A stretch of 64,000 nt of DNA. It comes from Moniliella sp. 'wahieum' (Eukaryota). The position numbers and the translations under genes are program-made. The notes under the pieces are model-generated. The model did no database searches, was not told the origin of the DNA, and saw only the letters and a program-made list of their open reading frames with translations. Positions within the stretch are counted from its first letter, which is position 1. Each line of letters opens with the position of its first letter. Below, piece by piece: positions 12,544 to 25,764 of this stretch. Where the stretch lies: assembly GCA_003971905.1 (NCBI GenBank), contig RSEE01000093.1:1-64000 (forward strand), read 5' to 3'.

Positions 12544-14145
12544 TCATGACCTGTGGTTCCACTGGCACGAGAAGGGCGTACTGGCCTCGTTGTGACGGTA
12601 TGTGTCCCGCAGCTGAACCACCGAGCCATACATCCCTCCGACAAAGAAGAAGAATCCAAGAAGAATAAGGAAAGTGTTGAGGATGCTCAGTGCGATGTTC
12701 TTGGCCGAGCTGTTCCAGGCGCCTTCGCGCAAGAGGTAGAACCAAATGAAGCCTGGCAAATAGAACGAGAAGCCGGACACACAAATGGCAGAGATGATGC
12801 TAAGAATGAGGCTGAATGCCGGGATGGCCTCAGCAACCACCCAGCCAATCACGGTCAAGCCAAATACAATCGCCACCCACGCCCCAATTCCAAGAGGGGT
12901 CGAGATGTACTTGTGAGGCGTGTTTTTGAAGATGCGGTGATGCACATAACGGGCAGCTGCAACCGTGTTGATCGAGCCCGACACAAAGATGACGACCAAA
13001 GCAATACCAAATCCGACCCGACGAACAGTGTGGCTAGATGCCAGAAGCGCAGGGGAAGGCACCCCCTTGCCCACGAAGGCGTAAATCAAGGCGCCAGTCA
13101 GAATGTAGATGATCCACTCCGCTGCCATCAGCAACGAAACCGACTAGCAGAGGCACCCGGGTCAGTATCCTGTGGCTAATGGAGGTAATGCCAAATCAGG
13201 GGAAGGGGGATGTTCATGTACCTTCATGTAGTCTTTACGGTTCTTGAGTTCGGTTTGGAACGAGGGTTGGTTGACTACAAAACTGAAGGCAAAGGCGATG
13301 TTGACAACCGCCACAATACTTCAGAAAATGGAGGGCTTGGGTTGGTCGGGGCGCCGACCCAGATATCAATTCCCTTACCACCGTGGGAAGACACACCTGG
13401 TGTGGAGCAAAAACGAGAATCAGTAAAGAGATATACACTAGGACGCTGAATGAGTTTGGGAGAGGAAGAAAAGACGTACCAGTAGCAATGATGGTAATCA
13501 AGATGCTGGTGATGATGCTGATAAAGTCGGCCACGCCAAGCCAGGATTGCTCAGAAAAGGATCGGGGCAGGGCGAGGATAAACAAGACGATGGCAGAGAC
13601 ACCAGACCAGAGAAGGTTGCACCCCCGCTGATCGGAAATTGTCTCCAATGCAATGGCGCCCGTGAGAGCGTGGCTACCGTTGGCGAGCGTTAGGAAGACG
13701 ACGAAGGCAATTCCGCACAGCTCACCGCCCCAGGCCCCCACATAAGGGCAACCAGATCATTGTAAGAGACCACACGGTCAGCATATTTGTTGCTGGCCGC
13801 GCCCACAACATAGGCGGTGTAGAGGGTGAGGAGCCCAACGACAAAGGTGATAATCACACCGGCTACCATGCCGACCGTGTCGTAGGATGCTGGGAGGGAC
13901 AAACTGCCAAGCGCAACCGCCTCGACGAGCAAGAGCAAGCCCAGTTGAAACCAGGACAACTTTTTGTATTTGGCAGAATCAGCATTCTTCGGGTCAAAAA
14001 AGGCCTCCTCAATGGTCTGGTCCGGGTGGCCTTCTCCCTTGGCGTGGCTGTAGCCGTTCTTGCTTGAGATGGATGTTTGATCGTAGCCTGCGCTTGGGCT
14101 GTGATCGCCGGAGAACTTATCCGAATGAGGACTGTAGACCGACAT
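12544..14145 (-). CDS. Amino acid/auxin permease family transporter (Mtr-like neutral amino acid permease)
   Basis: KYKKLSWFQLGLLLLVEAVALGSLSLP..VGMVAGVI, IYAFVG..PSPALL and about 11 hydrophobic segments. Intron 13397-13479; frameshifts present. Confidence 0.92.
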
Positions 14146-15550
14146 GGGAAAAGTGTGGGCGGAAATGTGCACGAGATGGAGTGATATGGACGGTAAATGG
14201 GCGAAGGTTCTTGTTGAAGCTTGGTGCGAAGGGGGCTAGGGAGAAGCTTCAAGGTTCGAGAGTGGGCGTCGGGCCACGGAAGGAAAGCACACGGCACACC
14301 AAGTGAAGATCTTGTGCGAATTGGCTGCTTGCTGGGTCGGGCAAAGCGGTAGAGGGACGAGAGTAGGGTGCGGGTGTTTGAAGCGGGAAAGAACAAAAAG
14401 AGGTGTGGAGTCGGGGGGATGTTGCCTCTTATAAATAAACCCGCGTCAGAGAGAATTTTGGGAGGCCCGCCACGCACACTCCTGCTCAGAGACAGAGGGA
14501 GGCAAGAGGCAGAAGGCACTATAGTTTTGGCGTGTGGCTGTGGGATTAGGGAGGCGACTGGACAGTGCACGGATGAAAAGGCGGTCTCACGCAGCGCGCA
14601 CGCAATCTTACCCAAACCACAGCAGGCAGATGCCGGCTGTAAGCGCTACGATCTAACAGGGCCTCAGGCCTCACGAGTGCCTCACGGCATGTGCTGACAC
14701 CTGGCAGGCCTGGGCGCTGCTGGTTAGTGGTTCCTGGTCCCGCCGCTTCGGCAAAATAGCTCGCACCACGGGACAAACGGATACGAGGCTGGATGCGGGG
14801 GCACAGGCGCCGTGCCTTGGACCGGAGGTTCAGCGCCTTGTGGGAGAGGAGGAGTGTGGCCAGTGTGGTGAGACGGTGACCGGTGACACGCAATCATTAA
14901 TCATCGATGATCAATTTTTGTTTTTCTTTTTCGCTCGACACAGTAGAGTCACCAAGCCTTTTCCCCCCTTCGGCCTTAGAGCGTGTCTGCGCCGATGGAT
15001 CTACTGTCCATGTCCCCGCGCATCAATCAAAGGCACCGAGACGGCGCTGCTGGCAGACGCTTGAACTTCCAGCTTCAAGCCCCCTCCACCACGCGCCATC
15101 CTATACTTACTGCACCCAACGCCATAGCCCCCCTGCGGTATATGACCACACCCACACCCACTACTGCCATGATGCCAGCCATGCCATTCTGGACGAATCT
15201 TGCGCGGCGAATTCATCCCAAGTAGTGTGGAGCGCGGTGCCTCAGACTTCAAGGGGCCATATATTTCTTACCGAGTCGCATCCTACTACTTTTACGAAGC
15301 TTTTGTGGAGACAGGGTTAAAACTCGTGTAAAGCCACAGCAATAATCAACTGTGGATGCAGGTTTGCCCATAGGTACGAAATGCCCACCGAGGGATGTGA
15401 TCGGTACACCAACCGAATGTACAGTCTTGTGTGCAGCACAGGACTGGGGGGCGGGGTCAACGTGTCACATGTCAGTCAACTTTGGGGGAGAAACGAGCAC
15501 GTCATTTGTTGGAGCAAGACACGAAACGTCCTCCAACATACCTACGGTCC

Positions 15551-15790
15551 TGAGATCTGAGATCTGAGAGGCCCTGAGGCCTCCTGGGGCTGAAGCCGCC
15601 ATACTGCGGCCAGAAGCCCGAGACCCTGAGACCTAAGAGGCTGATGAGGCGTTGAGGCACTGAGGGGTCCTCAGTTTTGGCGCATTAGGGGCGGCCTCCG
15701 CCTGAGCAGGCCTCCTGGTCGGTCACACGCGGGTCACGTCGACCTGAAGGCCTGAACGTCAGCTTGAACTCTCTAGAGCTTGAACCTGGA
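15551..15790. repeat. Intergenic TGA-rich low-complexity tract (TGAGATC x2, many TGAGGC/TGAAC units)
   Basis: TGA-GATC-TGA-GATC-TGA at 15551-15567, followed by repeated CTGAG/GGCCT/TGAAC words. Confidence 0.6.
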
Positions 15791-16228
15791 CAAGCCACAG
15801 CAGCAGGCCAAAGCCACGTGGTGCGCTGCATTATTTGGGCAGATCACGGAATGACAAGTGCTCGGCTTATTGCGCAGCGTCTGACGTTTGTTAACGTTTT
15901 GAACGGTCGTATACTGTTTTGGACCTGTCCATGCATAGTGCAAAACGTATCGGCGCTACCTGCGCCAGGGGCGCACAGTCCAGGCGGTAGCCACGGCCCA
16001 TCGTCAATTGCCCGGCACGCGTAGGACACTCTCTAGCCCCAGGGGCAAACCGTAGGTAGCTAACGCTGGGGAGAACGTGAGATGAAACATTCACCGCCAC
16101 GAAAAAAACTTGGATCACCCATTCTGGGTCGCGAGGCGGAAGGGCGGCGAGGGCAGATTCCGCTGCCACGTTGCGTCATGGGTGGCGCGGCGATACGCAT
16201 TCAGGCCGCCCAGCCGCCGCCATCCGCC

Positions 16229-16598
16229 ATGTCCTCGACGGCTGCACGCACGTACGAGCAGCAGAACGACGCTGCCCTGGGCGCCCTCCACTCCCAGGTG
16301 CGCAATCTGGTGCGTATCCTCCACTCCTCTGCGCTGCTCCGCGCGGCGCTGCTCCCTGACCACGCCGCCCCCACCCTCGCTCCAGCACGCGGTCACCGTC
16401 GACATCCACGCCGATGCCGAGGCCCAGCGCACCTCGCTCCTTCCTGGGGCCGAGCGCGCGCTCGATGGCCTCGGACGCAGCCTGCAGCGCTCCTCGACCA
16501 GTCTTACCCAAAAGGTGGTCAATCTGCAGGGCTGGCGCCTCACGTTGACCGTCATGGCCAGCGTCATCTTGCTCTGGTTGGTTTGGCGCCTGGTGTGA
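16229..16598 (+). CDS. Small Qc-SNARE, Bet1/Sft1-like, tail-anchored
   Basis: MSSTAARTYEQQNDAALGALHSQVRNL|HAVTVDIHADAEAQ.. SNARE motif plus a C-terminal TM helix. Intron 16310-16385 (GTGCGT..CTGAC..CAG) joins two ORFs in frame. Confidence 0.85.
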
Positions 16599-16769
16599 GC
16601 CCAGCGACGACGATCCCTCGCATGCTGCGTCTTGTTGTGCAACGATGATATACGATACCCTTGACTATCTGCTAGGTCTGTCCTGTCCTGGTCCAATGTA
16701 CTGGGGAAAGGAGGATGGATGAAGGAAGGGAAAAACTAAACCAGTAGCCACAGCGGTGGGACCACGACG

Positions 16770-18945
16770 TCAAACCGAGAGCTTAGCCAGCTGCTCCTTC
16801 AGCTGCAGCAACTCTTGGACGCTGGCCTCGACAGCCGCCTGCTTGGAGTCATCCGCTTTGGCTGCCGCCTTAGCCTCGCGCACGGCCACGCCCTGTGCTT
16901 CAATCTTGGCCTGCAACGCCTTGGCTTCGGGAGTGTTGGGGATCTTGGCCGCCGCCGCCGCCTCTGCTTCCTTTTTGGCCTTTTTCGCAAGCTTGGCTGC
17001 TTGTGATTTACTCAGAGCCGGTTTGGCCGTCTCCTCCTTGGCTTGAGCTCCGCCAAACTGGGTCCGCCACACCTCTTCCATTTTGGGATCGATGGGCTTG
17101 AAAAGGTGCTTAGGCTTGCCGATCGTGTGATCGGCCAGTAGCTCTGGCGGGGCCCAATGGCCGATACCACCCTTCTGTCCGGCCTCTGGGGGAAGGGGTA
17201 GAGCCCGCGTGGTGCGTTGAGCTGAACCAAAATGTCATTGGCGGTCGACGGCATAAAGGGCGCAACGACGGCACTGAGAAGGTAGATGAGGCTGACTGTC
17301 GCATGAACCACGGCGTTGCACGTGGTGGGATGCTCGACAAACAGCGCCTTGGTCAGCTTGGACTCGGTTAAAAACAGGTTGCCCCGGGCCGAGATGGCCA
17401 TTGCGGTTTGAAGCCCAGCGCGCAACCGGGCCGCCTCCATATGGTCCGCATACTGGCCCAGCAGCACATTGACGTCCTTGACCAGCGCCGCGTAGAGCGC
17501 GCGTGTCCTTCGGTCTTGGCATCGGTAAGCTCGGCTGGAACGGGAGGCAAGATCCCTTGGTAGTTCTTGGCAACAAATGTCAGAACGCGGTTGACAAAGT
17601 TGCCCAGATTGGCCAAGAGTTCATTGTTGTTGCGCGCAATAAACTCGGCCCAGGAGAACTGGGAATCCGCCGTTTCAGGCCGGTTGGCCAAGAGATAGTA
17701 CCGCCATACGCTGGCCGGTACCCCTGTCTCGGCCGCCTTATCACCAAATACTCCAACGTTGCGGCTCTTGCTGAACTTGCCTCCTTCGTACTGGAGGTAC
17801 TCGGTTGTGCTTGATGTGCTGATCGTTGCAGTTGGTCCACTTGTCCTTGGTGCCAATCAACGTCGAGGGGAAGATGACAGTATGGAAGCGAACATTGTCC
17901 TTTCCCATAAACTGGTACAGCGACACTTGCTCCGGGCTCTTCCACCACGCCTCCCATACCCTCGGCGCATAGTTGGCCGTGATGGATGGATAGCCAATCG
18001 GTGCATCGTACCACACGTAAAATACCTTGTCCTCGTACCCGGGCAATGGCACCTTCACCCCCCACTTGAGATCACGCGTCAGACTAAACGGTCGCAGGCC
18101 TTCCTTAAACCAGCTCTCGGTAATGTGGACAGAGTTGCTGCTCCAGCCTCCTTCGACGGCCGCTTGGCGCGCCCACGTCTCGGTCGCTGGTTGGAGCAAG
18201 TCGATGCGGAGAAAGATATGTTTGGTCTCTTTGGGAGCTGGGGTCGAGTTGCACGTCTTGCACGCGGATGCTTCAGCTCCATCGCATCGTACAAGGAGCC
18301 ACACTTGTCGCACTGATCGCCACGTGCATCTTCGTAACCACACTTGGGACAAATTCCCTCCACGTAACGGTCCGCCAGGAAGCGCTGGTCCTTGTCGCAG
18401 TACAGTTGGGTGATGGTGCGCTCCTCGACAAAGCCATTGGCATGGAGCTTGAGAAAGATGTCTTGGGCAATTTCGTTTGCCACTCGGTCGTGGTGCGGCC
18501 AAAATAGTCAAACCCAATATCAAACCAGTCGTAGGCAATCTATGAAGGGCGTGGTACTTATCCACCAGCTCCTGTGGCGTCACACCATCTTCCAATGCTT
18601 TGGTTTCGGGTCGCCGTGCCGTACTCGTCCGTGCCACAAGTACAACGTGTTGCGGTTGCGCGAGCGGCTTGTAACGAGCAACACATCCGCACTCAACGTC
18701 GATCCAATGATGTTGCCGAGATGGGGCACATTGTTGCATAGGAAGGGCGGAGAGGTGATGAGACATTGCGCTCGGCATCGCGGCGCTCCGCAAGGGCACC
18801 GAGGAGGAGGGTGGGAGAGATCTGAGATCTGGTCGGCGAGACTGGGCCGTATACTTGGCTGGTGCGACGGAAGGCGCACGTACTGGGGACAGAAGGTGGG
18901 GGTCGTGGGAAACGGGGGTGAACGGGCTGGCGGAGAGAGAGCCAT
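16770..18945 (-). CDS. MES1: Cytosolic methionyl-tRNA synthetase with C-terminal WHEP domain
   Basis: [17 protein letters not shown] (HIGH), [28 protein letters not shown] zinc knuckle, [30 protein letters not shown] (KMSKS), [13 protein letters not shown]. Probable short 5' intron at about 18829-18883; many frameshifts. Confidence 0.97.
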
Positions 18946-19920
18946 CGCGGCTGAGAGTAGAGAGAGGGGACGGGGTGGTGGTGTGGGAGTCGCTGCCTTG
19001 GCGCGCAACCCGGCTTGGGCTTGGATATTTGTGCACTTGTGACTCACAACTCAAATACTGCCCCGGAAATCATAATCAATTGACGCAGGCAACGAACGTG
19101 CACAGTTTTCAAATTGACCCCGTTATAGATCCGGGCGGGTTGCGAAACGTTGCACGCCATTGGATTTTGGAATGGTCGCGGAGGCTCCACACAGCAGACA
19201 CGGGGGTGGAATAACGAGAAGGGGCAGCTGGCTGACTATGCAGATCGTTCTCCCCTCGTTGCATATGGTGCAGCTTTACTGCTTCCCATCGAATTTCGCT
19301 GTCCGGTGTGCACACATGGTGACGCTACGCAAAGGCCACCCTTGGAAGAAATATATATGGGGTGTGTCTGTGGAGAGTGCATTTCCCCAATACTACATAG
19401 GCTCGTTCCAGGACTTGAGGCTTGGTCTCTTGACTGAAGTCGAATGTGAGGGTCATCAATTGATCCAAGCGCAACCATGGACTCTCATTCAAGCAGTATC
19501 TTGTTTGTGACGTCGGAGGGTGGATAAGGAGAATAGGCAAACTCATCGTTTTCATTCCTGTCCAATCTCGGTTAGCAGTTCACAGTTCAGACGTTTAGAC
19601 AATCCATTTGGTTCTGTGAAATATACTCTCCTTGCCCTACAAACAAAAAAGGAGCGGCAAAGAGAGCGTGTGTGGGGGCGCCACACTACACGCTGACACT
19701 GTTAACGACAAAAGCCCCGCGTGGTTCTCCTGTCCAATCTGAGGAAAGCATACGAAACGTATAGACAATGTATTGGTACAGCTTCCATGTCCCCAGATGG
19801 ACAAGGAACGAGAGAACGAATAAAAGGGGGGGAACATTCGGCTTATATACAATTCCCAAGGCTCACCCTCACTTCTCCTTCTTGTCCGCAACAGGAGAGG
19901 TCTTCAACCAGGCCGCTTCT

Positions 19921-21735
19921 CTATTCATGCTTAGGGCTCGACAATCTGTCTTCACTGAGCCGGCCCGCCGTACTCTTCGTCGCCTCGTCTTGGTGCTTCC
20001 GCACCATCTCTTCCAGCATCACCATTGCGTCGTGCGCCGTATCCCGTTCTACGGGCACGGTCGTGTCTTGCACTGTAGACGGCATAATCCCATGTTGGTC
20101 CTCATCCCACCACACCCAACAAAGTGGAGTCGGGACAATCGAGACCCGCCGCGACGTCCGTGTCGACGGTTGGGCACAAGCCCATTGCTTACAGACTTCT
20201 TCAGGGAGTTAGTTTTCAGTACCAAAAGGGGTCGATTGCGCCGTGCCACTGGCAAGCGACGCAGCCTGCTTCACGATAGGCGTCTGCGGGGGGATCGCCA
20301 TGGTTGGTCGGGGAGTGGCAAGGGTCGATCTCTCCCCTCAAGTCCTCGTGCAGCTTGCACCACAATTGGAGTTTGTGGGGGCAGGCAATGGTCGGACGTG
20401 GTACGGAATCAGCTTTAACCACGGTGGACTGAAGGTGGGTGCAACTTGATGTGCCGCCACACGCAGTAGATGCATTTGTTTTGGACCTGCGTAGGCGATA
20501 CCACAACTGGGGTCTGGGCGGTAACGCCATGGGACGGGATGCGGCTTGTTGACTGAATGTCTCTGGCTCGGCTTTGGGGTCTCGCGCGCGTTGCACCACG
20601 ACAGGTGTTTGCGGTGGGATAGCCGTGGTGGGACGCGGTGTAGTAGGGGCTTGATACATGGTGACAGGAGGTTGATTGGCATTAGTCCCTGTCTTCTTCA
20701 CAGCCGGACTAGGACTGGGTGCAAAAGGGAGTGTTGTACCGCTGGCTTTGTTGGCATCGGTCGCTGCAACTGTCACGGGGCGAGGGAGAACGCGGGGACG
20801 AAGGGTCGCGGCACGACATCAGGTTCAGATCCAGAGCCTTTCTCGGACTCTTTCTCTGTGGGCTTTGTCCCTCATCTCGTTGCTCCGACTGAGCACGATG
20901 GGAGCAGATGGGGGCAACGCAATGGTAGGTCCGACAGGTTTGGTGACTCTCTCCTCCGTCACCCGTTTATCTGGAACAGAAACAGGGTGAGTGCTTAGGT
21001 CTGTGGAAGAGCTAGAAGGGCCGTAATGAACGTACACACGGGGAAAAGGGTGACCTATCTTTATTGCCATGGCGATCGACCACCGCGACCGATGCCGATA
21101 CGCAGGGCGATCCATCAGGCGAAACCAGGCAGAAACGGCTCCGAGTTGAATCTTTGGGTTTGCCATACAAGCCTGAGGCGGAGGTGTGGGCACAGTGGAA
21201 AGTACAAAAAAGTCAGTTCTGAGCAATGCTTAGGGTGCAGGCAGTGGATAAGTACAAGGAGAAGAGAGTTGGATATCACCAGCAATGGGTAAATTGGAAG
21301 GCGAGGTAACGTATTGTTGCGAAGGCGCTGTCGGCGTGGGGTCGGCAGCTGCGGTTGACCCTACAGCAGGAAAGGAGGTACGGACTGGTTGTGGTTGGGC
21401 TTGGAGGAGGGAGGGGGGGTGTAGTGGCGAGCGGCGAGTTAGCTTCGTGCTGGACGCGTTTAACTTGGTTTTCGGCTTGAGCACGGAACATTCGTTCGGC
21501 ATTGAGTTTGCTGTGCAGGAGATCCGTGGCACGGGTGCGAGCGGCCAGCACACGACGTAGACGGCGTGGCGCAGAGGCACGGCCGATAAGAAGGGTGGCA
21601 AGGCCGGTAGCCGGCAGTGGTGGCGAGGAGGAGGGTGAGGGTGGGCGCCGAGGGCGGGGTGGGCGACGGGCGCAGCTGGTGGGCGACGGACTGGGCCCAG
21701 GAGCGAGGTGCAAGCGACGGAGCCAGCGGGGGCAT
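19921..21735 (-). CDS. Hypothetical Pro/Ser/Thr-rich protein with a short hydrophobic stretch and coiled coil
   Basis: Chain of overlapping minus-strand ORFs (21460-21735, 21276-21791, 20825-21226, 20216-20776, 19921-20115) with protein-like composition (DLLHSKLNAERMFRAQAENQVKRVQHE). No family recognised. Confidence 0.5.
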
Positions 21736-23416
21736 ATGTGAAGGAGGACAATGAGGGGTGGCGGCGGGGGGAAGTGGGGTGGGGGTTGCATTTGGGGGAG
21801 AGGGTTTTATACGAATATGAGGATCGGCTTAAACGATAAACGGGGCGGGGTTAGGAGGCAGGTGGGAGCAGGGGGGATAAACATATGAACCGTATTCTGC
21901 TCCGATCGTGCGGAGGTGAGGGCATATAGGGAGGGCACACAAAACCACAATAATACCCTCAGAAAGCGTCCTCCGTCATATTCGGCAGCGTAATATATGC
22001 GGTAGTAGCCGACGCTACCACCCGCACAGAGCTGATGCGTATCGCTCGACAACTATTTCCCTGCCATCCCATCCCGCCCGCCACAGGCACGTCCCCTCCC
22101 GGACCCATCAGTAAATCTATTCCGTCCTCAATTTTGTCAGGCCCAGGCCTCGTCAGGTACTTCGGTCAGAGTGTGGGGCACTCATTTACCCCAGCATATG
22201 CTAAGCCATAACCCATCATCCATCCCCATCATATTATCGCTGATGTGCCGCGTAATCCCCGCTCCAGCACGGACCACTGCGCCGTTCTTAGTGGCCCCCC
22301 TCTGTCCAGACCAAACAAGCCCTCCTTTCCCCTGAGGCCTGATGGTCTGATGCCAGACCATGCCAGACCCCGCGTTTCGTCCCTGGCGTTGCGCAGCAGG
22401 TGCTGAGTTGGGGCTATATTTGCAGAGTGCACAGCTGGCAGATTAGCGGCAACAACTATAAAACCCACACACACACTGCACCTCCCCCAGTGGCCTGACC
22501 GCCGCATAACGCACGGTAGTAGTACTTGGTTAAGCTATTTGGTTAGCACCCGCCCCGCGTGTGCCCAGTACCGCCTTCCGTCTCCCTCGTCGTCATTAAC
22601 AGCTCATTTTTGCTGCACAGGGCAAAGCAAGAGTCCGCGGCGTTACGCGTATAGTACGTCTGAATCTGAGCATAGAAGCTGCAGTGGCCACAGTACCCCG
22701 CACTGCATGTCCTCGCCCTCCGCATCACGCGTGTTTAAGAAATAAGGCGTTTTTATCCAACACATCCCGGACAACTATCTACCACTTCATACAAAAACGC
22801 TTTGCCAGCCCATTCACCCACGATACTCTGGAGTTGGTTGTATCCGTACAGTATGCCTGGTTGGAGGAGTACATCGAGCGCGACTCGATGATTTATCCCG
22901 ATGCCGAGAGAGTGGCCCTGGCTTTCTAGAACTGCCAGCAAAGGAAATGTGAGGCAATAAGCCCGGTAGCGTGGGAAAGGGCAAGGTTCTCCATCGCTAT
23001 ACTATACAGCCAAATGCACCACAGCGGGGGAGGAGAGCGTGTCTCTGCAAGGGAAGGCACGCTGAGGGTGCCGTCCAGGAGTAAAAGGGCTAGCTTCTCA
23101 CCCCCTATAACCGCTACTCAATCTCCACTATATATGGACAAAAATCAACAGTGGGACGAGGGATCAGATCCATATAGGAGCCTTTTCCGTCGTACATTTC
23201 CACATTCGATGAGTTATACGTACCACGTTAGGTCCTGCTTCAGATCCTGGTTGAACCGTCGAGCGGGTGTAGAGGCAAGGGAGAGACCCTCTAGTTTGGG
23301 TGGCTGCCTGCGTCCAAAGACCGCGGCTCAAACCCTCCGAGGTAGGAGCCGCGTACGTAGGTCTTAAGACCAATTGAAGGGGTCCGGGACCTCCGAAGTT
23401 ACTTTGTTCCTCGCGG

Positions 23417-23793
23417 CGTTACCACACCCGGTACGCTGTAGTAGGCGGGAACAGACAGAGTCCTAAAGAAGAGCAAGCGCTACAGATAGTAACCGCAGCT
23501 TGCGAGAATGGTCGACGCAAGTCGTAAATTTGTAAGAGTAAGGGTGAAGAGTGGAGAGAGAAGTCGGGGGGAAGACTACATGGGTTGGGCGGTGAGGATC
23601 ACTGCCAGCAAGCCTCAGACAGGGCTGCTTATATACCGTAACATCAAAACAGGCATTAACAGAAGGAAGGGAATCTTAGTAAGAGGTAAAGGGCGGCCTG
23701 TTATGACCGTACTGCGATCTTCTGGGTGCAGTAGATGTGGGGTTCTACCAAGACTGTACGCCGCGGATATAAGTCCGGTCATTTCCTGTGACG
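23417..23793. mobile_element. Putative small insertion relic (solo-LTR or MITE-like)
   Basis: Ends CGTTAC...GTGACG (imperfect inverted repeat), flanked by CCTCGCGG (23409-23416) and CTTCGCGG (23794-23801). Internal TATA-like GTATATAAG on the minus strand. Confidence 0.3.
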
Positions 23794-23838
23794 CTTCGCG
23801 GAAAATAGCCGCGACAAGTTGTTCGTGCTGACTGTTAC

Positions 23839-24018
23839 TGTCATAGTTTGGCTGATCTCGCTCCCATTCCAATTTCTTCGTCTCGATCGTCTCGCTCCTT
23901 CCCTGTTCCTTCCACTTCGCACCATGTCCTCTGTTCTTGCTTCTTCCCCACGAACGATTGCTACACCCCTTGACCTAGTCCGATCCTGGTCTCCCTCGCC
24001 TTAGCCCCGACTGTGACA
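23839..24018. mobile_element. Solo LTR (copy A), 180 bp, with perfect 5-bp target-site duplication
   Basis: Starts TGTCA and ends TGACA, with GTTAC on both sides (23834-23838 and 24019-24023). Its reverse complement aligns with copies at 24154 and 25765. Confidence 0.85.
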
Positions 24019-24153
24019 GTTACTCACAAGTGTCGCGGGGCTGGCGTGTGCTTCCATGAAAGGTCTACGAAATGGGGGGTTCGGTGTCCGGAGATGCACG
24101 GAGCGCCCCAACATCACAAAATCGTTGAAATTACGAAGAACCCACACCACAGT

Positions 24154-24428
24154 TGTCACAGTCGGGGCTAATAAATGCGAAGGAAGAGACCTGAGTCGAG
24201 ACTAGATCAAGGAATGTAGCAATCGTTTGTGGGGACAACTAATAAACAACAACAAGGGCAGAGGATATAACGGTCGATTTAGGCGTAATAGCGTTTCTCT
24301 GTTCTGGCAGCCTTATGCTTTGTCAATGATATGGATGCACAGCGGAAGAACAGAGATAAAGAGAGCGATACGTTCGAGACGAAGAAGTTGGAAATGGGCG
24401 TGAAAGATCAGCCAAAAACCATATTACA
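24154..24428. mobile_element. Solo-LTR-like repeat (copy B), diverged, inverted relative to copy A
   Basis: TGTCACAGTCGGGGCTAA...GTAGCAATC...CGAGACGAAGAAGTTGGAAATGGG...GATCAGCCAA...TTACA. About 90 bp longer internally; no clean TSD. Confidence 0.7.
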
Positions 24429-24479
24429 CCACCCTTTTGTACCCGAACGAGGGTAGCTATATAGGTGTTGACGGCCGTC

Positions 24480-24960
24480 GGTTGCCAAGAAGCTTGAAGC
24501 TGGAGCTCTGGAACCGCGGAAGCTTTTGAAGCTTGAAGCCTGCGTTGCACGATAGGGGCAAGATGCATGTGACACGTGTGCCCATGTGGCGCTGTGGCCT
24601 GAGTGTGACAACCAGAGTCCAGACAGGGAAAGGACCGAAGGTCACATGTCACATGTGACGGTGACATGAACATGAATTCCACATTAAGCGAGGTTATATA
24701 ACCGGTAACCGGTAGGCGCGCGTAAGCGCGTAAGCGCTAGGTGCTAAGTGGTACCGGTAACCCGTACCTGTCACATGATCACAGCTGTCACATGTCACAT
24801 GTACATGTCACACGCGTTTGGCTTCTGTGTGTCACAACACTGTCACGCGTCACCCGTCACGCGTCAAGCCCCATCGTGTCATCGATCATCGATCATCATG
24901 CATCATGCATCATACATCACCGACCAACGCTATAAGGCCCTTTATCGATTATCGATGATC
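24480..24960. repeat. Dense cluster of 7-bp TNA/palindrome mini-arrays
   Basis: TGA-AGCT-TGA (24527), TCA-CATG-TCA-CATG-TGA (24642), TAA-CCGG-TAA-CCGG (24699), TCA-CGCG-TCA (24843), (TCA-TCGA)2 and (TCA-TGCA)2 (24879-24912), TTA-TCGA-TTA-TCGA-TGA (24942). Confidence 0.85.
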
Positions 24961-25764
24961 TGAGAGTTCTTTTCATGCACAGACGCTGGCTCTTTCAGTC
25001 AGAAAAGGCGACCAGTGTAAACGCTGTAATCTAGACGTCCTGGGTCTCCCTCCATATCAGTCAATGTCGTATATAGCTCCAGCTGAGCTCGGCCCTGAAG
25101 GGCTCTCTGAAATCAAAGGTCTTTTTGGCGCCGGGCAAGTGCGTGTGGTCGTCGAGGCGGATGATCGAAGAGAGATGACGGAGATATATGACATGGTCGA
25201 GAGGCTAACCGTGGTAATCTAGAACCACGGGGGGTACCGATTATAGTAACGCTATAGATAGTGAAACCACAGCAGCAGTAATAGCACGCAAAATTGCGTG
25301 TACCGCTTCTGGGCTTAACTTTAAGGCTTAACGTGTGTTTTTAACGTTTAACATCGAGATATGGCGCACATGGTGACGATGAAGACGACGACATTCGTCG
25401 ACATCATGCACATTTTACCCCCATATCCACCCATTTTGGAGAGTCTCCACCGGCCACCTAACATCGTCCATGGGAGACGGATGAACGCAATGAAGGTGAT
25501 GAACAAAACAAATCTTGACCGTTTTGAGGGACGGTTGCCGGTGACCGGTGTGACACATATGTGACCCTGCGTTTTGGAGTGCGTTACTTTTGTGGATGTG
25601 GCTGGCACACACGTCGAAGGTGTGCCATACCTAGTATGTGCTGCAAGCTCCAACACAGAAGTGAGTGCATTAGTGCGAGAGCTGTAGCAGAGAGGGCCAC
25701 GAACCATATCCTACGAGAATTTTGGTTGTTGCGGCGAGGGTACCTTATGCTGTGCTCCCAACAT

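Noticed and set aside
24640..24960. CRISPR-like repeat/spacer array
   Set aside because: Units are 7 bp with 4-bp spacers, there are no 25-40 bp repeats or cas genes, and the DNA is eukaryotic.
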